Below are positions 10,701 through 24,146 of a DNA stretch of 64,000 nt, one piece after another. The position numbers and the translations under genes are program-made. How positions within the stretch are numbered: the first letter of the stretch is position 1; every line of letters starts with the position of its first letter. The notes below the pieces were generated by a model. It worked only from the letters and a program-made list of their open reading frames with translations, was not told the DNA's origin and did not search any database. Source of the stretch: Azolla caroliniana (taxonomy: Eukaryota; Plantae; Polypodiophyta); contig JBHGNT010000018.1 in the NCBI GenBank assembly GCA_043228905.1, positions 4,650,001 through 4,714,000 on the forward strand. The letters are read 5' to 3'.

Positions 10701-13542
10701 AATCTTACCACGAGATATTATATGGTCATGCCCATAATAGTTGCATTATCTATGGTTACTTGAACATTCATACATTAATGTAATATATTCATAGTTGCAA
10801 TGAAACTGTGTTATGTTGGGTGTATCAACTTTAGCAAACACCTATGTAATCTATTATGAATATCTTATGGACTCCCCCCCATCAAAGAAGTAGGCCGTCA
10901 ATGGTGAAATGACTCTCGTGATGCCATCTTCAAAAGTAATTTATAATACTAACATTCTAAATTTGAGGCATACAACCAAAATCCCAATAACGTGAAAACA
11001 TCAAAGTTAGAGGTCCCATAAACTGTTGGAGTATCATTTAAAAAATTCATTTGTCAAGTCATCCCAACCAATGGCCTCATCCTAACAGAAATTTGCATCC
11101 AATTCATGACTATGGAGATAATGGACAATTCATCTAACCACATCATAAAATTCATGGCGCGCTCTAACCACCTCATTCATCCTAAACAATTGTGGACCAA
11201 TCAACTCCTTACAGTAATGAGCAAATATTACAATTGTTGTAGCTTGATCCACACTAAAATCATCCCTTTGTTTCACATGTACCGCATTAGGTTAAGCACA
11301 GCCAAGACGTAATCATTGGGAAAACAAATGAGATTGACATTGATTATCTATAAGTTCATCCTTGAGTTATTGCATCTTAGCATAATGATAACTTTGACAT
11401 TGCAGTTGAGAAATAAAGACTTACGATTGACTTCGGGTATCCAAATCTCCTCATCTAATAGATTATGCATTAATAATGTATTGCACCTAGATAGAACTGT
11501 TGTAGAAGACAGTGTCATTGTTGAGCATTAGTTACCCCATACATACAATGAATAATCTTAATGTTTCATAAATTGTGTCCATGCACTTACTACCTTGTTA
11601 TCCACATGTTGTGAAAAGTTTATGAGACGTTTCCATACTGGAATTCATCACTAAATATGTGCAAAATAAAAACGTTGTGTCGCGATATGTTTGATGCATC
11701 TTATAACGACACATTTTCCAATTAAAATAAATAAATATATATAAGGGGGATTCATAATCACCTAGTTTATTATCAACCCTTCCTCCCGCCATCGAAGAAG
11801 AGTAGCAAAATGACGCCGAGCACATCTCCTCATCCATCCACAAGTACATTTAGGGTTAAGAAGAGGGTTATGTTTAGAGTTTGTATTAGGGTTAATTAAC
11901 CATAAAAACACACAAAAATTAGGAGGCGCGCGCGCACACACACACAAATTATAGGCTAAAATTAACCTTCATATAAATAAGTACACACACGCACGCACAC
12001 GTACACATACACATATACAAACTAACAACCACATACGAAGATACATGCACATACCATACACAAATTAACAACTATGGACACAAGTTAACAATCACATACA
12101 CAATTTGTCTTCCTAAGTTTAATTGTTGTTAGTTCTGTGGATATAAAGGTCCAAGGCATTGCTACTAATGACATGAGTTTCAGATACCTTCAGGCTTCAA
12201 ACTTGGATTGTTCACAATATGTACTTGTTTCCATTGTTTTAGATGTAATGGATGTGTTCCATGTTTTCTTACTTGCAGCTTACTACTAAAGATTTAGAGA
12301 AGCCTCATTTAGGGTATGCATGATTCGATCAAAACCAAAATTTCTTATCATATTCTCTAACTCTAGCAAATTATTTACAAAGTTTACTTTTATCTCACCA
12401 CACAATATTTGCATTTGGTTACTTTTATAGTTCTTGAATGACATTGGTATGATGGCCCAAGTTGTATCCATCCTTGTAGAAATATTATCCAAATACAATT
12501 CTATATGGATGGATACAACTTGAGCCATAATACCAATGCCATTTAAGAACTATGTAACGAAAGGCAAATATAGTGTGGTATGATATATAAGTAAACTTCG
12601 TAAATACTTTGCTAGAGTTAAAGAAGATTATAAGAAACTCTAGTTTTTGTTCGCATAAAGAATTTGATGAGATAAACTCTTTTTCATCCTAATTGTGCAA
12701 CCTTTGAGCACCAAACTTATCGCCCCTCTTATTGCCATACTTTCTTCGGACGTAGTTCACTGGGTTAATTTTCTATTATTGATAAGTTTTGATTCTTCAT
12801 GTTTTCTGATGTCAATTAATGATTTCCCATATCTAAGTTTGACGTAAAATTAGAGCATTCATGAAAGGTGTATACTTGGTTTTTGAAGGTGATATCATTT
12901 TGTTCCAAATTTGGAATATGGATTGAGGGTTTCTTATAGTTTGCATGAAAGGTTAGTTACAAATTTTTATCTCAAAATACTTGCTTTCTACTTACAAATT
13001 TTGACTTCACACTTAATGAGAAGGGTGCATCGAAATTTCAACTTCTTCCTTCTTTCATAACTCGTACTCAACTAATCCTTTCATTCGCAATATTTGTTTC
13101 CATTGTTTTGGATGTAATGGATGTGTTCCATGTTCTTTTACTTGCAAGTTTGTTGCTAAGGATTTAGAGAAGCCTCATGTAGGGTATGCATGATTAAACC
13201 AAAAACAAAATAATTTCTTATCATGTTCTTGAGGTCAAATGAGACCAACAAATTGGTCAAATGAGTCTTCCACATCCAACCGATGATCTACCATGATGAG
13301 AGGTGATCAATTCATTATCAAATGATTTCTCATCTAATAGTGATGAGGAATCATCACAATACTGATCAAAAGCTTATGCTTTTTTTCTCCAACTCATTGT
13401 AATGACACTTAATATTAATAAAAAAATTACTTCAATCATTTCTATCTATTTTTTGGCATGTTAAATTTTCATGTGATGACACTTATCAACATATTTTGTT
13501 ATAATGTGAGTGAGACCGATTGTGAGAGAGTGAACACACATA

Positions 13543-13579
<37 letters not shown>

Positions 13580-13949
13580 ATGGGAGAGAGAGTTCATTAT
13601 TTATAGGCAAAAAAATAGTCGTTTTAAGGCACCACAAACCATGTCACAAACAACATCACACAACGATAGTACAAAAGTGATGCGATTTGCAATGATTTTT
13701 GTCATTGCTAATAGGAGTCGGAAACGACTTAGCTCAAGTCTGAACCGAGTTGTTCGACTGTTTTAAAACGGTTTGGCAATTTGGTTCATCTTAGTTCAGG
13801 CTTGAGCTCAATTTGGCAAGGCGCAAGCCAAACCAATCAAGGCTTAATCGGTTTTGGCCAAACTAGTCAAGTCTTAACCGATTTAGGGATCAATTCGATT
13901 CAAGTTTGAAAACTCCCAAACCGGTTAAAGCCTACATCATTTTGATGCA

Positions 13950-14430
13950 GCCATGCCTATGCATCCAACTTAAGAACCTCAACAACCAATAAAACCCAAT
14001 TAGTTTGCTCATGGTCATCCATGATTGAATATTGTGATGTAGATGACCCATATATAGGGTTTGAAGAAGTGGGTTCCCGATGCAATACATTCCACAACTT
14101 GGTTAAGGGCATACATCCTCATCAATCATACAACCTCACCAAAATAAGTGATTTTTGTAACAAAACATTGATCATAATGATCATTATACACAACTTGAGG
14201 ATAATACTTATCGTGCACAATTAATATCACGCTTGAATAATGATCACTAACATCTTTGGCATAAAATGATGAATATCCACGTAAATTAATTGTGGACCAT
14301 GCTAACTCATGACATTTATGCTCAATTGCACAAAATATATCCCATTCTATACTTAACAACGTTTCCCATAATATATACTTTTTATGAGGAGAACATGCCC
14401 CTCTCACATTCCATGTTGCCGCATTCATTC
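13950..14430 (-). pseudogene. Degenerate L1-type LINE ORF2, APE endonuclease N-terminus
   Basis: MNAATWNVRG...WDIFCAIEHK matches the WNVRG and D....E.K motifs of LINE endonucleases. The frame is broken downstream. Confidence 0.65.
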
Positions 14431-15305
14431 AATCGACAATGTTAGTGGGTGCAATTGGTCTGTCAAAGCAACTAATGCTATGAAACTAGTCAAAACATGT
14501 CTTGAAGTTGCATATGGGTTTTCATGCGCCACATCCTTGGGGCCCACAAGACATATTGAGTCGGTGTATAGATGACAATGCATGGTTCTTAGTTTCTAAT
14601 TTTGCAAACATCACAAATCACCAATTTGAATGTGTTATAGCCGTGAAGCTCTGTTCAAGAGCTTTCCAAAGCTTGTTTGAATGTAGAATTTAGTTATCGA
14701 TAGAGAGTACGATAGGAAATTTTCATCTTTCTCACACATACTTGTTGTCTTTGTGTTTTTTTTTCTTCCACCTCTCTCTTTCTCTCAATGCATATTATAA
14801 AGTTCGATCATAAGACTGCATGTATTGACCTCAAATATATGAAAACATTTGAGTGTGAAAAGGTCATTGAAGATATCAAACAACCATATTTGAGCATAAA
14901 CCTTTAACAAGCACCCATATATTCCAAGATGATTGAGGGTATGTTACAAATAACAAATAGACAACATGGTGCAACTCTAGAATGTAAACAAGAATCTTTC
15001 AAGAACGTCATTTTCTCATGAATAAACAATTTTTTTGGTCAAAGTACATACCTTGGAAAGTGCCTTATGAGTTTGAATGTAGTCAAGGATAAGGAAACTG
15101 ATAAAAAACATGTTGAGAAAAAGAGGCATCAAAATACCCATTGCCAAGCAAACAAAATGAAATGAAATTGTTTTCCTTTTCCAGGCTTAATTTATGTTGA
15201 TTAATATGGGAATGCAAATATAAAAAATCCCTACAACATCTAGGGATACCAATCCTACAAATTGACTCATAGTGTCAATGTAGGACACTTCATCACCATC
15301 ATTGT

Positions 15306-16240
15306 TGTCGCGGATTTCCACGTGGATGTGCTGAAATGGGGCGGGACCACCGGGGTCTCGAACCAAGGAGCTAGCGCGGGAAGAGAGATTAACCAGATCG
15401 GTATCCGGATAGCTCCGCCGGAACGCAGTTCGGAGCTGGTAAAGAGGGAAGGGATGATCTTGATCGGTTTTCGGATACCCTTATCGGAGCACAATCCGGA
15501 CAGGTATCAGATCTGGATTAGTCTCCGGTTTCTGGCGAATGAACACACGGCTCGAATGCGTATGTTATTCCAGACTAGCATATGGTAAACAACCAATGAG
15601 CACAAGCTGGAAGACTTGGGTACGCACGAAACGAAGGGAAACGGAGGTGAGAATGCGGACAAAAACGGAGAGAGACCACGACATAGAAGAATCTGAATGC
15701 AACAAAGGCAACCGACTAGATTGCAACAAAGGGAGATACACCTAAACTCGGCCGACAATAGAGCTATTAGCTCCTCACACTCACACACATAGACGTTAGC
15801 GATCCTCCGTTCAGGAGCACACGGGCTACCAGCGCGAAACGAAGGTCTCGCAGCACAACAACAAAAACTGAAACAGAAACAAAAGATGGGAAAACAGAAG
15901 TCTGTAGAGCTTAGTCCGGCAGCACTTCGTTCTCCAAAATTCTGGACCCCTCTCTTAGTCTTTTCCCTCTCCTTTTATAGCTCAAGGAGAGAGAATTTGT
16001 TACATCAGGCTGTTAAAGACAACCACTTTTCATTCCTCGATTCTCTCCCATCAATCTCCTTTATTCCTCTCCATCCGTGTGGACTTAAAGTACCTATTAA
16101 AACACACTTACCTAGTATTCAGCAATACATAAACATTTGCATATGTTTGTACATAAAGACTAGGTAGTGTGCATCCATGCACAACCCCATTCACGCACAT
16201 CCAGCTCCCTTTTTCCCTATGGCCGGAATCCTCCACGACA
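15306..16240 (-). mobile_element. Probable solo LTR (~935 bp)
   Basis: Termini tgtcgcgga...tccacgaca form a TG..CA inverted repeat. The segment is GC-richer than its flanks and has a minus-strand TATAAAA near 15974-15980. No TSD is visible. Confidence 0.6.
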
Positions 16241-17045
16241 CCATGGAATCCAAAATTTGTTAAGTTTACATTAAACTTAGTATCAAGTGAAAACATGTCG
16301 TCACCATATACGTGGAAGAAAAACAGTCGACATTGATGGAGTTATGTAGCACTCTCCTTGAGATTACATCAAAATCAAACAACCCTATGCTTCCTTGTTT
16401 GGTGTCATGCTTCCACCCACACCTATTGCTCTCTAATAAAAGAAAGAAAGAAAGAAGGTTTCCATGTGTATGTGAGAAGTGCTTGAGATCGATGGAAAAG
16501 ATAATCTCGTAACTCTTTGGTAGATTACATAAATTAGGGCTTTGGTGTGGGTCAAGGTCAAGGTTGTTTGAAGTTTCCTCATGGACTCTTTATCTCTTTT
16601 CGCCTTTCTATTTCTCTCTCATACATTCTCTATATTCTGATTCTTCTAATTTTCAACTCCCACCCTATCCCTCTATGATGACATATCAAGAATAAGTAAA
16701 AAGGAAAATGTACATAATTCAAAGGAAAAATGGTTTTAAGAGCAATGTCATGAAGCTCAAATGTGCCTTATGAGTTTAGATGTAGTAAGGGATAATGAAA
16801 ATGATCAAAAACATTTGCATGAGTGCAAAAGACTTAATCAAAGAGAGTAGAACATGGGGAGTTATTTAACAATTTCTCTTAACTCAAGAGAAAGCACATG
16901 TATGTGTTAAAAATTGGAGAAAACATGAAGGGGAAATGTGTTGAGAGTTATGGCGACTTAACTCTTATTCACTTTTATATGTATTGTAATAACTTTTATG
17001 AGCAATCAAATGATGATAAGATGATGTATTATGATGCACTTTCAA

Positions 17046-17460
17046 GAGGCAAAAGATCTTCGATGCATAAAGTTGGTTGAAATGCTCAAATGGACGAGAA
17101 AGGAAGCAAGCACATGCAGGAATAAATCATATGTTTAATCATGCATTGCACCATGACATGCCCAATGTGTTAACTATCTGCCATCCGAGACACAAGTTAT
17201 GAAGACACTGATACCAAAAACGTACACATGTCTCCTTTTTTTACTCTTGAAGATGTATGCATAGGGCTTAAGAATTTGGCCTATCAAACGGCAAAAGATC
17301 TTCAATGCGTAAAGCTTGTTAAAATGCTCAAATGGACGAGAAGGGAAGCACACACATGAATAAGTCATATGTTTAATCGTCCATTGCAACATCGCATGCC
17401 CCATGTGTTAAACTATCTACCATCTGGGACACAAGTTATGAAGACATCGACACCAACAAC
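17046..17460. repeat. Diverged tandem duplication (~243-bp period) in TE-like DNA
   Basis: ggcaaaagatcttc.atgc.taaag...aaatgctcaaatggacgagaa occurs at ~17048 and ~17290. Confidence 0.75.
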
Positions 17461-20159
17461 ATACAAAAAGCTCAAGAAAACACAAGGAAAAGCGGATATA
17501 GCAAATCTTACTAGAAAGCTTGTAGCCAAACGGCCACCCTAGTGTGAAAGGTGACCAACCTTATTGTAAAAAGCTATAAAAGTCACTATTTAATAACTTT
17601 TAGAGTTATTCTTCCTCCTTAGGTCTCTCCTTTCATTTAATGTAGGGCTCTCACTTTCTCCCCTTAAAATTTCATTAGAGCTTAAGAGTGATTAATGTTA
17701 AGAGCTAATTAGCTAAACTCTAATCACTCTAACTCTTGTATGTGTGCCAAACTACCTTTGATAATAAGAAGTGATGTGTTATTTATATATCTTTATCTTC
17801 TTATGTATGCATTGTCTACTCATTTGCATCTATTAGGGGAGAGAGAGAGAGAGAGAGTACTAAGCGTTAGAACCTAAGGTTAACAAAGCAAGAAGCTCGA
17901 GAGTGATCGACGACCACTCTCACTCGAATTTCTACCCAAAGGGTAAATCCAGTTTGGATCCTTGGCCCAACGATATCGACAGGGGGAAGAACTCCATCGA
18001 TCCATAGATGTGTTCTAGTTTTGTGCCCATGAAAACACCACACGATGATTAAAGTATGAATTGGATTAAATGTTTACATAAAGTTGGAGTTGTAAATAAT
18101 GTAACTATTTATCAAACAATCATGGTTGGCTTACTTATGGCAAAACTATTTGGATCTATAATGGAATCAAAGATAAGTACACGGGCTGAAAAAAATTTGT
18201 TACAAGAGAGCATATGAATAAGATGAGTTTTGAAAACACCACAACACCATCGATCATGTTGTTACCCGTCGAGCATTAATGGAAGAAAGTTGTTTGAGAG
18301 CTAAGCATTTATATTTTTGCTTCGTATACTTCAATATCAATATGGTACCTCATGAACATCTTTAGAGGCTCATGGAAGAACTTGTGGTGCCAAGTGAACA
18401 TATGCTTGCAATTTCTTGAATCTATGAGAAGATTATATGTTGTGCATGATACTAAGCAATACATTATGTGGCCAGCCTCTCTTTTTATATCAACTCTAAG
18501 TAGTTTGTGTGTGCTTCACCGAACATTTCTTGGAATTATCCTTGTCTTGTGTTAAAACACAATTTGTAATTGAGCATCATATCTCAACGCATTCTAAGTT
18601 TTACCATTCTTTTCCATAACAAGTATTAGGTAAAGACAAAGTTGTCTAGTGGATGGTGCTTCACATATAAGGTAGCTAGTTAGGCCAAAGGTCAACTTAG
18701 TTTTCACCAAGGTGCCATGACTCTCTATTAGTTGGATTATGGTTAACTTGTACTCAATACAAACACTTAATCACTTAATTACACAATCAATTAATACACA
18801 ATGTAGAGAGTCAAATACCTATACTCAGTACCAAAACCTCAATTATATATATTCTTTCTCCCTCTTTCAAGATAGTTTATACACGGTGTTTATATAGTCG
18901 AGGGTGATGGAGACTATATCCTACCTCCATCACCTTTAATGTACCTTCCTTCCTGCTTTACTCCCTAACCGTCGTTTCAATGAGCTTTACATAATCATGC
19001 CTTGATGTATAGATAATATGTAGCTATTTTTACTTATCCATAAGAGGCTATTTTCCTTTTTCACATTTCTATCCTCAATATTTTGATACATTTGGCCTAC
19101 TAGATGACAAACAAAGTAATGAAGTTTCTTTGTATAAACATGCTAATGCAATGTATGTGGATCCTCAATAGTGGTGTTCTATTTGGGTCTTTAATAAAAC
19201 ATTTCCGACGGTTCATTCTGTCAAATAGATGGTAGCTTTCCAAGTACTATCTCTCCTCCAATTCACCCCATTTTTTATGGTACAGACGACTCCAGAGTAT
19301 GCATATGCTTTATTACTCATGGATATGTGAACTCCCCTAATATCTTATGTTTATGTATTAGGTGCTCATATAGCTCTAGACACTTGTTCAATGTAACATC
19401 ATATAGCATGGATGAAAGTTGGCAGACAAAGAATGTCTATGGCATCAAAATCCGATATTAAAATGTTGTTACATATATGGTGTGTTCAGATTTATATATG
19501 TTGAGCGAAGTTAAAGGTGGTGTGGATAATCTCTTCATTTTGGCTTGTCGCGGGAAAGAGCCTAAGAACGATAAAGCTAAGATATATATATATATGATGA
19601 ACGCTAATATCGGTCTATGAATATGTTTAGGTTTGAGTAAGGTAATAGACTATATACTACCTCCTCCAAGACGTAGAAAGCAAGTTGAGCACTCCAAATA
19701 ATCTCCCAAGATAAGATCCTCGCAACTTGTATGACTTGTCATTGCATAGTTGGATACTTGTGTGGATTTCGTATCCTTTTACATATATATCTATGACCCC
19801 CATGTAGGAGTGCTTTACATTGTGTGTCACATTGACAACTTTTGAGTCCTTCATATTGAAATCTCCCCCCATGCAAAGACTCGGTCCGAATGTTGGATGA
19901 CGCAAGACATGCAAACACCCATTTAGAAGCATAGGTATGTTGTTGGTTAATGCAATGTAAGCTTGGATTCTGATCCCTTAACCATCATAAGTGTAATCGG
20001 GAGTTCAGTAAAAAGAAAAAGCTTTGATTGGTCACAGGAAGGTTGGAGTAGGGTCGGATCATCGATGGATTTGCGAGGTAAAGAGTGCACAGATGGGCAT
20101 GACAGGCATGACAGGATGTAAAGACCCCCCCCCTCCACTGCATTATTTATTAGGTAGAG

Positions 20160-20774
20160 GAGGAGGAGGAGGAGCCGAAGGGCCCGCGGAAAAAAAAAAG
20201 CAAAGCAAAGCAGTAGTAGTAGTTAAAAGAATGATGAGTTTTGGAGAAAGACAAAAAAGAAGAAGCGACACACACACACATAGAGAGAGAGAGAGAGAGA
20301 GAGAGCACAAAAAAGCACCAGCAAAAAGCAAAAGGCAAAAAAAAGCAAAAAGCAAAAACCCAAGAGCGGATAAACGCAGGGAAAGAAAGAGAAAAAAAAA
20401 ACACACACACAAAAGGGAGACAAAGATGCGAGAAGCAAAACGCAAAAATAGAAAAGCACACGCACGTGCAGAAACGCAAAACGCAAAACGGAGAAGCGCG
20501 CACGTACAGAAACGCAAAACGCAAACAAAAAGAAGGCCAAAAAACGAAGAGCAGGAAACGCAAAAGCAGAGAGAGAGAGACAGAGAAGGAAACGCAAAAG
20601 CTGGATTGCGTTTGCAGAAGAAAGAAGAAGAAGAAGAAGAAGAAGAAGAAGAAGAAGAAGCAGAAGCAGAAGAAGAAGAGAGAGAGTGAGGTTGAGAGAA
20701 ACGCAGCGTGAGGAAACGCAAGAACGCAAAAGAAGAAAGAAGAAGGAAGTAAGAATCGAATGTGATTCTTCTAC

Positions 20775-20806
<32 letters not shown>

Positions 20807-21260
20807 GTACTCTCTGATTTCCGGTGTATAAATTCCCACCCAAATCTGTGAAGCAGTTTGTTTGAGAGATTGTACGATCGCCATAGCCGAGCTTCCTCCT
20901 CTGCACAGTACACAGTACATACCCACACACACACACATATATAGTAGAGAGAGAGAGATTAGAAGCTTCCCCTGCAGCTCTCTGCTGTTGGGAATACTGT
21001 CCTATCCCCCCCCCCCCCCCCCCCCCCCCAAACAATCGCCATAGCCGAGCTTCCTCTTTCTCTCTTTCTTTACGACACACTACACAGTACTCACAGTACA
21101 CCCACGCCCACGCCCACATAGAGAGATACACTGTCGTAGGGAGAGAGAGAGAGAGAGAGAGACAGGAAGCTTCTCCTTCAGTTTTTTCTGTTTTCATCTT
21201 CTTTCATAGCTTTGAGTGCTGCTGCCCTTACCCATCCCCTCCCCCCCCCCCCCCCCCTCC
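20160..21260. repeat. Low-complexity, microsatellite-rich promoter and 5' UTR region of the zinc-finger gene
   Basis: (AG)n, (GAA)n, (AC)n, poly-C and gaaacgcaaaa repeats, with a TATA-like tataaat near 20827. Confidence 0.75.
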
Positions 21261-21290
21261 CATAGCTGAGCTCCATCCCCTCTGTTTCTG

Positions 21291-23261
21291 ATGAGCCACT
21301 CCTCGGATGAGCAGCTGGAACGATCAGTGCTCGGAAGGAAGAGATTTAGGGTTTCCAAATTTTCTTCCTACACCCCCCCTTCTGATCCTCTTCCTCAGAT
21401 GACGGGACGTGACCCCCTCGCATGCCCCCTCTGCTTCAAGAGCTTCTCTTCTCCCCGAGCTCTCGGAGGCCACATGAGGATCCATGGAGGCTATGTATCA
21501 TCCTCCGCTGGTATGCATCAGAAAGGGAAATCATCATCCGTTTCTGGACGTCGTCATATTCAAGAAGAAGAAACGGATTATGGATCCATGGAGGAGGAAG
21601 AGAAAACGGAGCTATGCCATGGATCCATGGAACGTCAGAGAAGGATAGATGATGCCGAGACGAAGGGACCACCACCACCGGAGGAGAAGGTGAAGACCAG
21701 GATAAAGCTTGTGTTTAAAGGGAGGCCGATCAGTCATGACAGTCGTTTGGCCTACAGTATCCTGAGTCATCCGAGCTCGAGGTGCAGAACCGGCCGAAGC
21801 TACCTCCAAATTCCGAGATTTGTGAAGAAGAGATCTAAAACTGCCCGGAATCGCCACCAAACGCTGAAGATGCGTGGAGGATTAGATGAAGAAGGTGTTG
21901 ATGAGGATGTATTGCTGGCAAGCAAGTGGCTTCTTATGCTCAAATCCGGGAAGACCGAATCCGGCAGCCTGGATTTAATGTCTAGTAAATGCATGGAATT
22001 GAGCAGCCTGGATCCTCACCCTGCCTCCCCAATTCACCCCAGCAATCCGATGCCTCAAGACGAGATGCACATTATCGCCAATCTTGATAGGCATGGCGAA
22101 ACTGAAGATTCCCTTGCTTCTAATCTGAAGATTCAAGACGGCCCGACAATCAACATGGACAGCTTAATGCCCTTGCCTAATCTCATGACTACTAATAACC
22201 CTGAAGGCCAGTATGATGGCGATGCACCGAGTCATCATCGAGCAGCTGAATCTACTGTAAGTAATACTTACCAGTGCATTACCTGCTATAAATGCTTTGA
22301 TTCTTCTCGAGCTCTGGGGGGTCACAGAGCAAGCTGCCATAAGAAGGGGAAGATGATTACTACATCCCAGCAGTATAGTAATCTTGGTAACAAAAATACC
22401 ATGAATTACAGCAGAGACATGGTGGCGACACACGGATCGCATCATAGGAGTACTCTCGACACTGAGCATGATATACTAGAAGAACAGGGAGTCATAACTC
22501 AGCATACTGGTGGACATTTGTGTTCTATATGTCACCGTGTCTTCACTACGGGACAAGCTCTAGGTGGACATAAGAGATGCCATTGGAATGGTGGTGAAAA
22601 GTCTATAAATATGTCAGACTTATATAATGATTCACACTCGATGGTGGCTACAGGTTCAACAGCAAGCACTAGTAGAGAAAGACACGATATTCATGATTTG
22701 AGTCTACATCCACTGGAAGAAGAAGAAGAAGAAGAAGAGGAAGAGGAAGAGGAAGAATTACCAGAGGGAAATGAAGAAAGTAAGGCCTCCATGGTACACC
22801 ATCAAGGGAAAAATCTAGACTTCGATCTGAACTTACCAGCTCCCAGTGAAGAGAATGATGATCTTAATGAAGAAATGCAATTGAATTCATGTCATGATGA
22901 CAAGTTTGGCCAGGTATCCACATTGCCAGAGCCATCAAATTCATTGGTACTGGATATGAATGTGATAATGACAACATTGATGGATATTGAAGATGATGCG
23001 GGCCAATGTGGAGATTTGAGGAATCATTACAGGTCTAGTGCTGCTCGGTTTTCCTTAAATACGGATATGAAGCCTAATTTGGTGCCGGATGTAGACATGC
23101 ATATGCTGAAAATGGATACTAATACCGCAGACATTGCCATGGAGGGGCAGATAGGGCTGGGACCGTATAATTCTTGGAAGCCCTTAAGTGATGAGCAGTT
23201 ATGGAGTAAACATGATCATCAAGCTGGTCCACATTTCCTTGCCACTATGCAACCATTGTGA
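21291..23261 (+). CDS. Plant Q-type C2H2 zinc-finger transcriptional repressor with three dispersed fingers and an EAR motif (ZAT/DAZ1-like)
   Basis: 656-aa ORF with fingers CPLC..RALGGHMRIH, CITC..RALGGHRASCH and CSICHRVFTTGQALGGHKRCHW. It also has an L-box-like ASKWLLMLK, EAR motif LDFDLNLP and basic NLS-like RKRFR/KKRSK. Confidence 0.93.
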   Translation: MSHSSDEQLERSVLGRKRFRVSKFSSYTPPSDPLPQMTGRDPLACPLCFKSFSSPRALGGHMRIHGGYVSSSAGMHQKGKSSSVSGRRHIQEEETDYGSMEEEEKTELCHGSMERQRRIDDAETKGPPPPEEKVKTRIKLVFKGRPISHDSRLAYSILSHPSSRCRTGRSYLQIPRFVKKRSKTARNRHQTLKMRGGLDEEGVDEDVLLASKWLLMLKSGKTESGSLDLMSSKCMELSSLDPHPASPIHPSNPMPQDEMHIIANLDRHGETEDSLASNLKIQDGPTINMDSLMPLPNLMTTNNPEGQYDGDAPSHHRAAESTVSNTYQCITCYKCFDSSRALGGHRASCHKKGKMITTSQQYSNLGNKNTMNYSRDMVATHGSHHRSTLDTEHDILEEQGVITQHTGGHLCSICHRVFTTGQALGGHKRCHWNGGEKSINMSDLYNDSHSMVATGSTASTSRERHDIHDLSLHPLEEEEEEEEEEEEEELPEGNEESKASMVHHQGKNLDFDLNLPAPSEENDDLNEEMQLNSCHDDKFGQVSTLPEPSNSLVLDMNVIMTTLMDIEDDAGQCGDLRNHYRSSAARFSLNTDMKPNLVPDVDMHMLKMDTNTADIAMEGQIGLGPYNSWKPLSDEQLWSKHDHQAGPHFLATMQPL

Positions 23262-24146
23262 GAAAACTGGTCTTTTCTGCCACATATCTATATATAGCTC
23301 TATGTGTACATACATATACAGATACACATGCAGATGCAGATGCATATACATATATACATATACATATACATATACATCATATACATCCACACATATAACT
23401 AGTATAGCATTCTCATTCCTAACATGAGAGCCATGATATTTGTTTTTTCTTTTTCAGAGGGTGAATGTTAAGTTCATCATGCTGCCTTCCTTGCACACAT
23501 GACCACAAATCATACAGTTTACTCCAATCTGAGTGTACATATTCGATGCATTCGTTTATATAAAATACAGTGCCGGCCGATCACTTGTTAATCGAGCACG
23601 GAAACATTCAGAGAAGAGATTCATTTCTTTTTTTACCTTCCCATAGCGGGGGAAAGGCATGTAATTTGTTTTGGAATATGTTGACTCTGAAATTCATGCT
23701 TCTTTCCTCACGGATTTTGTTATTGTTCTGAGTGCGTGCCAATGCGGATATGCTTCTATGGATTTCAAAATTTTCTGTTATCTATGTGCATTGCCTGTTA
23801 CAATCAATTGGGTGTCTTAATGAATTGAAGATGCATTTGCTCAAATAGCAGTGTCTGTACTGAAACTGTGGATTTGTTACTGGGAGGAGTGATCAGATAG
23901 CAGTTTCTGCACCAATTGAATCTCATCTGAAATACCCACTTAGGCACATGTAGTCAGTATGTTGTTGCTCCACTAATAGCACATGTTGTATGTATGTACA
24001 TATTGTATGTGTCTTGCTGGAAAACTAGTTACAGTATGTTAAGAGAGAAATAGTGGAAACTTGAGTGGTTTTTGTCCTTCAAATAATGGCTCTTTTTTTT
24101 TCTTTTGGGGGGAGGTGGACATAACCAAATGGCAAAACATAAGAGG

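Noticed and set aside
13700-13930. aaccg/cggtt-rich patches (also ~29755-30120 and ~57950-58020) as MITEs or MYB-site clusters
   Set aside because: I could not define TIRs or TSDs, and the patches are too degenerate to call.
20024-21197. Long overlapping ORFs (137-324 aa) on both strands
   Set aside because: They are translations of (AG)n, (GAA)n and A-rich simple repeats with no domain content.
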